Source: Bdellovibrionota bacterium (GTDB taxonomy: Bacteria > Bdellovibrionota > UBA1018 > UBA923). Taken from it: a stretch of 18,715 bases of DNA. The stretch covers positions 1 through 18,715 of the forward strand of contig JBFMCE010000078.1 of NCBI GenBank assembly GCA_040754655.1, given 5' to 3'. This document shows, one piece after another, positions 14,882 through 18,715 of this stretch. Position 1 is the first letter of the stretch. Every line of letters begins with the position of its first letter. A program made the translations under genes and the position numbers. Under the pieces are notes generated by a model. That model did not search any database. It was given only the letters and a program-made list of their open reading frames with translations, and was not told the DNA's origin.

Positions 14882-16105
14882 TTAAAACTCGTCGGTGGCG
14901 CAATGTTTTAAGATCGAGCCGAGGCCTTCGCGATAAAGATTCTTGCAATTTTCAAGGTAAGGCTCTTCTCCGCGCTTCCAGATGCCACCGGTTTCAAATG
15001 CGTGATCCATCGTTTGTTCAATCACAGTGTTCAAATCGGCTTGACCGGTGAAATCTTGCAATTTCGTCCAAGCACCGACCTTTCGCATGTAAGCGACGAG
15101 CCCTTGTCTTATGCTCTCAACAGGATCTTCAGATGCACTTGCTGAGAGCTTAAATACCGTTCGATTGAACGCAGAGATCTTCGCGCCAATCGCTTGCGCA
15201 TCAAAAGCCATGACACGAGGAAGCAGCAGCGCAAGGCCTCGCCCATGAGCCACATCAGTGTAGGCACTCAACCCATGTTCAATGGCGTGAATCGGCCATC
15301 CGCCCGTACGACCCGAAAGCACGCCGCAAAGCGCGAGAGAGGCGCACCAGCTGAGCTGCGAGCGTCCTGATTCATCATGCGGATTCTCAAGAACCCGAGG
15401 CAGCGCCGTCGTGACGGTTTCAACGATCGCTTCACTCATGCGGTCTTGCAGGGGCGTTTCGACGGGGCTTGAGAGATAGCTTTCCATGACGTGAGTGATG
15501 ATATCAAAGGCGCCATCGACGGTTTGACGTTCAGGAACCGTGAAAGTGAGCTCTGGATCGATGATTGAGAGTTTCGGAAAAAGGGCATCCCCAAAGACAG
15601 TGACCTTTCGATGCTCTTCCCACTGCGTCACGACGGCATAGGAATCGGTCTCTGAGCTCGTCGCGGCGATCGTTGGAATGCAGATCAGAGGCAGCGCATG
15701 ATTGAAAGGAGTTCTTGGTCTGCCTGGGCCGCGGTGCGCGTACTCGTAAATTCCGCCAGGATTTACGGCCAAGAGGCTCAGGCATTTGCCGGCATCCATC
15801 ACGCTTCCGCCGCCAAGCGCAATCACAAACCTGGGATTGAACTCTCTTAGCAGGATGGCGCCTCTATCGATGGTCGCGGTTCTGGGATTGGGCTCGATCT
15901 CAGAGTAGACTTGATGTTCGACCCCCAATCGAGTGAGTTGCGCCAAGAGTTCATCAAGAACTGCTGAGCGCGCTCCGCCGTTGGCGTAAGACCTGCTGGT
16001 GACGACAAAGGCGCGTTTTCCCAACCCACGAATGTACTTGTGGGTGGATTTGAATCGGCCCATGCCAAAAATGATTTGAGTCGGAAGACTCCATTCAAAC
16101 TGCAT
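14882..16105 (-). CDS. iron-containing alcohol dehydrogenase (butanol dehydrogenase-like)
   Basis: PTQIIFGMG, IEPNP, IALGGGSVMDAGK, IPTIAATSSE, SIIDPELT, and metal ligands in DIITH, HAIEH and AHG. Confidence 0.92.
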   Translation of the reverse strand: MQFEWSLPTQIIFGMGRFKSTHKYIRGLGKRAFVVTSRSYANGGARSAVLDELLAQLTRLGVEHQVYSEIEPNPRTATIDRGAILLREFNPRFVIALGGGSVMDAGKCLSLLAVNPGGIYEYAHRGPGRPRTPFNHALPLICIPTIAATSSETDSYAVVTQWEEHRKVTVFGDALFPKLSIIDPELTFTVPERQTVDGAFDIITHVMESYLSSPVETPLQDRMSEAIVETVTTALPRVLENPHDESGRSQLSWCASLALCGVLSGRTGGWPIHAIEHGLSAYTDVAHGRGLALLLPRVMAFDAQAIGAKISAFNRTVFKLSASASEDPVESIRQGLVAYMRKVGAWTKLQDFTGQADLNTVIEQTMDHAFETGGIWKRGEEPYLENCKNLYREGLGSILKHCATDEF

Positions 16106-16113
16106 ATCGCGTA

Positions 16114-16779
16114 TTACTGAAGCCGAAGCTGAAGAGCTTCGATCGGCATCGAGAAGAGGCTAGGTTGTTGGTGCAATCCTTCAATTTCAAGAAGCGTCTT
16201 CTTTAAGCCAAGTTGCCAACTCTCGGGGCAAGTTGCTCCCATAAATCCGCCGAGATTCCCATCTTTTTTTACGACTCGGTGGCACGGGATGAGAAGCGGA
16301 AAAGGGTTCGATTTCATCGCGCCGCCTACGGCGCGTTCAGCGCCAAATTTTTTCAATCGCTCGGCAAGCCAAGCGTACGAGCGCGTCTCGCCATGAGGGA
16401 TGCGGCAGGTTTGTTGATAACAGGCCAGTTGAAAAACCGTCAATCCTTCAAGCCTTGCGACGGTTTCGTCGAAGACCTCGGGAAGAGGCAAACCCTGCTG
16501 GCAGAAGCCCTGCACGGCCGAGATGACTTCGGATCTGTCCCATTCAAGAAAGACGAGCCGCTCTCTTAAACGACTGGAATGCAGCTTTGAGAGCGAGTCA
16601 TACAGTTCTTGAGGATTGGGAGTGGGAGTCAAGATCTTCAAAACTTCACAGCCATGGTCTCGAGGCTGACCAAAGACAATGGCTCCTTGATAGACCTGCA
16701 TTTTTCCTAGATTAGATTGCACGAACATTCGATAAAACTCGATCGATCGAACCGGATCAGATTGAGTGTTCCACTGCAT
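16114..16779 (-). CDS. ogt: methylated-DNA--protein-cysteine S-methyltransferase
   Basis: IPHGETRSYAWLA, RAVGGAMKSNP, active-site LIPCHRVV, LGGF, LKKTLLEIEG. Start ATG 16779 (or TTG 16785) overlaps the end of the upstream FAH gene. Confidence 0.88.
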   Translation of the reverse strand: MQWNTQSDPVRSIEFYRMFVQSNLGKMQVYQGAIVFGQPRDHGCEVLKILTPTPNPQELYDSLSKLHSSRLRERLVFLEWDRSEVISAVQGFCQQGLPLPEVFDETVARLEGLTVFQLACYQQTCRIPHGETRSYAWLAERLKKFGAERAVGGAMKSNPFPLLIPCHRVVKKDGNLGGFMGATCPESWQLGLKKTLLEIEGLHQQPSLFSMPIEALQLRLQ

Positions 16780-17572
16780 TTTCAAGCGCCCCTAATTTTT
16801 CGATTTCAACCTTAACCCTATCGCCAGCGCGAAGCGGGCCCACCCCAGAGGGAGTTCCAGTAAAAACGAGATCGCCAGGCATCAACGTCATGAATTGCGA
16901 GATAAAGTGAATAAGCCGGGGGATCGGATGGATCATGTCGCTGGTGTTTCCGTCTTGCTTGAGTTGTCCATTGACCCAAGTGCGAATACCGAGATTCATC
17001 GCATCTACACCGCGAACAAGAAATGGGCCGGTCGGCGCGAAAGTATCCATGCTCTTTGCCCTGGCAAAAGTAGGCTCTTGTTTTTGGATGGTTCGATCAG
17101 TGACGTCGTTTCCAATGGTGTACCCCGCAATGTAGTCAAGCGCATCCGTTTCAGGAACATTCTTGCACTGCTTTCCCAGAACAACAACTAGTTCTCCTTC
17201 AAAATGAACCTCGGTGCAATACGCTGTCAATCGAATCGTATCGCCCGGAGCGGCAATGGCGCTGGGTGCTTTCAAAAAGACGTAGGGAAGTTCGGGCAGC
17301 GGCTTGCCTTGTTCTTTCGCGTGCTCTTTGTAGTTCAATCCGATGCCGATGATCTTCGATGGGTTGCTCGGAGCGAGAAGCTTGAGCTCATCTAACGGAA
17401 TCGTTTGGCTCGAGATCGCGAGATTATCAAACCCCGTCACAAAAGGTGATTCCTCGAGAACGACAACTTGTTCCGGGCTCTTCGCTGAAAAATGAAATTT
17501 CTTTATGACGCCGTACTGAGGCTTATCGGTTGGTGTGCCGTGTTTTGGAATAAACCGCACGAAATGAAACAT
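16757..17572 (-). CDS. fumarylacetoacetate hydrolase family protein
   Basis: PSKIIGIGLNYKEHAKE, FLKAPSA, HFEGELVVVLG, GYTIGNDVTDR, RAKSMDTFAPTGP, TLMPGDLVFTGTPSGVG. Confidence 0.93.
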   Translation of the reverse strand: MFHFVRFIPKHGTPTDKPQYGVIKKFHFSAKSPEQVVVLEESPFVTGFDNLAISSQTIPLDELKLLAPSNPSKIIGIGLNYKEHAKEQGKPLPELPYVFLKAPSAIAAPGDTIRLTAYCTEVHFEGELVVVLGKQCKNVPETDALDYIAGYTIGNDVTDRTIQKQEPTFARAKSMDTFAPTGPFLVRGVDAMNLGIRTWVNGQLKQDGNTSDMIHPIPRLIHFISQFMTLMPGDLVFTGTPSGVGPLRAGDRVKVEIEKLGALENAVEHSI

Positions 17573-17609
17573 ATGTTGTGAACCGTATCAGACATGGCAT
17601 GATTTTGTC

Positions 17610-18356
17610 ATGTCCGATAAAAAATTTGCCAACATGCATTATCCTGGAATGAAGGCGGATCCGAACGAAGGAAAAGCTCCTCTCTCTCAATCGACTCTTT
17701 GGCGGTTTGAATCACAGATCGAATGCGTTGGAGAAGAGGCGCAACACAAACTTTTAGCGACGTCGGCGCTAGTGCTTGGCGCGACGCCTCTTGGGCTGAG
17801 GATCGCCAAGAAGCTGCTCGAGTTTGGGATAGGCCGCGTCGGAGTCTTTGGCGAGAAACCTTTGACGGGCGCGCATGGGTTGACCTCAAACAAGCCCCAA
17901 ACTGAAGTAGGCGCGCTAGAGATTTTTTCGAAATGGGCGAAGGAATCGGTGACTTGGGCCGAGTATGAATCGTTCGGGATGACCTCTTTAGACCGGCAAA
18001 TCGATGATATCGTGAGGGGGTTCTTGTTCATCATTGATGTGAATGGAATTGAGAGCGCCGCTCGCTCCGTCGATCTTCTCGAGCGGTATCCGGTCTCTGT
18101 TTTAGCAGCGCAAGTCGCGGGCGATAAGGCATGGTGTTTTGCCTTGCCTCATAAGGCCAAGGTTCGTCAGGATTTCTTGAAACAAGATCTCGAAGCTCGG
18201 CAGGCGGAGGGTTTGTTTCTTCCTCTGGTCGATCATGTTGCTCTCAGGGTTTCCTTGCATGTCATCGAGGTTGCCTTAAACCCGGAAGATGCTAAACCTC
18301 AGTTCGAGGTGATCGATGCTTCGAAGTTTCCGTGGAGCATTTCTTTGACGCGATGA
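17610..18356 (+). CDS. ThiF/MoeB (E1-like) fold protein with degenerate catalytic motifs
   Basis: RFESQIECVGEEAQHKLLATSALVLGATPLGLRIAKKLLEFGIGRVGVF matches the ThiF N-terminal pattern (R..RQ...G..GQ.KL....VLV.G.GGLG...A..L...GVG.I.I). Stop codon overlaps the queG start (ATGA). Confidence 0.65.
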   Translation: MSDKKFANMHYPGMKADPNEGKAPLSQSTLWRFESQIECVGEEAQHKLLATSALVLGATPLGLRIAKKLLEFGIGRVGVFGEKPLTGAHGLTSNKPQTEVGALEIFSKWAKESVTWAEYESFGMTSLDRQIDDIVRGFLFIIDVNGIESAARSVDLLERYPVSVLAAQVAGDKAWCFALPHKAKVRQDFLKQDLEARQAEGLFLPLVDHVALRVSLHVIEVALNPEDAKPQFEVIDASKFPWSISLTR

Positions 18357-18715
18357 AGTTAGAAGAGTCTATTAAAGCCGATGCGTTGAATCTTGGATTT
18401 GATCTCGTGGGTATTGCGTCGGCATCTGATCCTTTGCTTTTTGAAACCACTGAAAAATACAGCGACTGGTTGGATAACGGTTATGGGGCTTCGATGACTT
18501 ACCTTGAACGCCACCTGCCACTTAAGGCCAACCCAGGCGCGTTGCTGCCCAGCTTGAAGTCTGTCCTTTGCGTGGGCTTGTATTACGGAACGTCTTCTTC
18601 AAACCACGATCAGAACAAGGCCCAGGTTTCCATCTATACGCGAGGCAAAGACTATCATGACGTCTTGGAAGAGCGGCTTGAGCTTTTGGCCAAAGAGCTG
18701 CAAAAAAAACACGGG
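18353..18715 (+). CDS. queG: tRNA epoxyqueuosine(34) reductase QueG, 5' part (truncated by window end)
   Basis: Manual translation: MKLEESIKADALNLGFDLVGIAS...YSDWLDNGYGASMTYLERHLPLKANPGALLPSLKSVLCVGLYY...AQVSIYTRGKDYHDVL, the characteristic QueG N-terminus (LGF..VG, W...G..G.M.Y, P..L.P..KS, S.Y..G.DYH). Not in the ORF track. Confidence 0.9.
   Translation, partial: MKLEESIKADALNLGFDLVGIASASDPLLFETTEKYSDWLDNGYGASMTYLERHLPLKANPGALLPSLKSVLCVGLYYGTSSSNHDQNKAQVSIYTRGKDYHDVLEERLELLAKELQKKHG

Overview
Bacterial chromosomal window, most likely from a Bdellovibrionota/Oligoflexia-like (former deltaproteobacterial) organism. This is inferred from the ffs-dnaX-ybaB-recR-mglA-dksA gene order with no mglB. 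Left to right: a partial OmpR/PhoB-type regulator with a degenerate receiver (absent from the ORF track), a FabG-like SDR, three exported proteins (FMN_bind-like, PPDK_N/ATP-grasp-like, and a probable diheme cytochrome c with CXXCH plus CX3CH), a PafA-type alkaline phosphatase, dksA, mglA, recR, ybaB, dnaX, SRP RNA (ffs), three exported hypothetical proteins (two behind a clear sigma54 promoter), an FAH-ogt-Fe-ADH operon, a degenerate ThiF/MoeB-like protein and the 5' part of queG. No transposase, integrase, CRISPR array, tRNA or rRNA was seen. The most unusual non-coding structure is a ~240-bp inverted repeat (7205-7443) with two perfect 23-bp arm pairs. It mirrors the promoter, RBS and first codons of the phosphatase gene and lies next to two perfect tandem DnaA boxes. 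All family calls come from motif recognition by eye; no searches were run.
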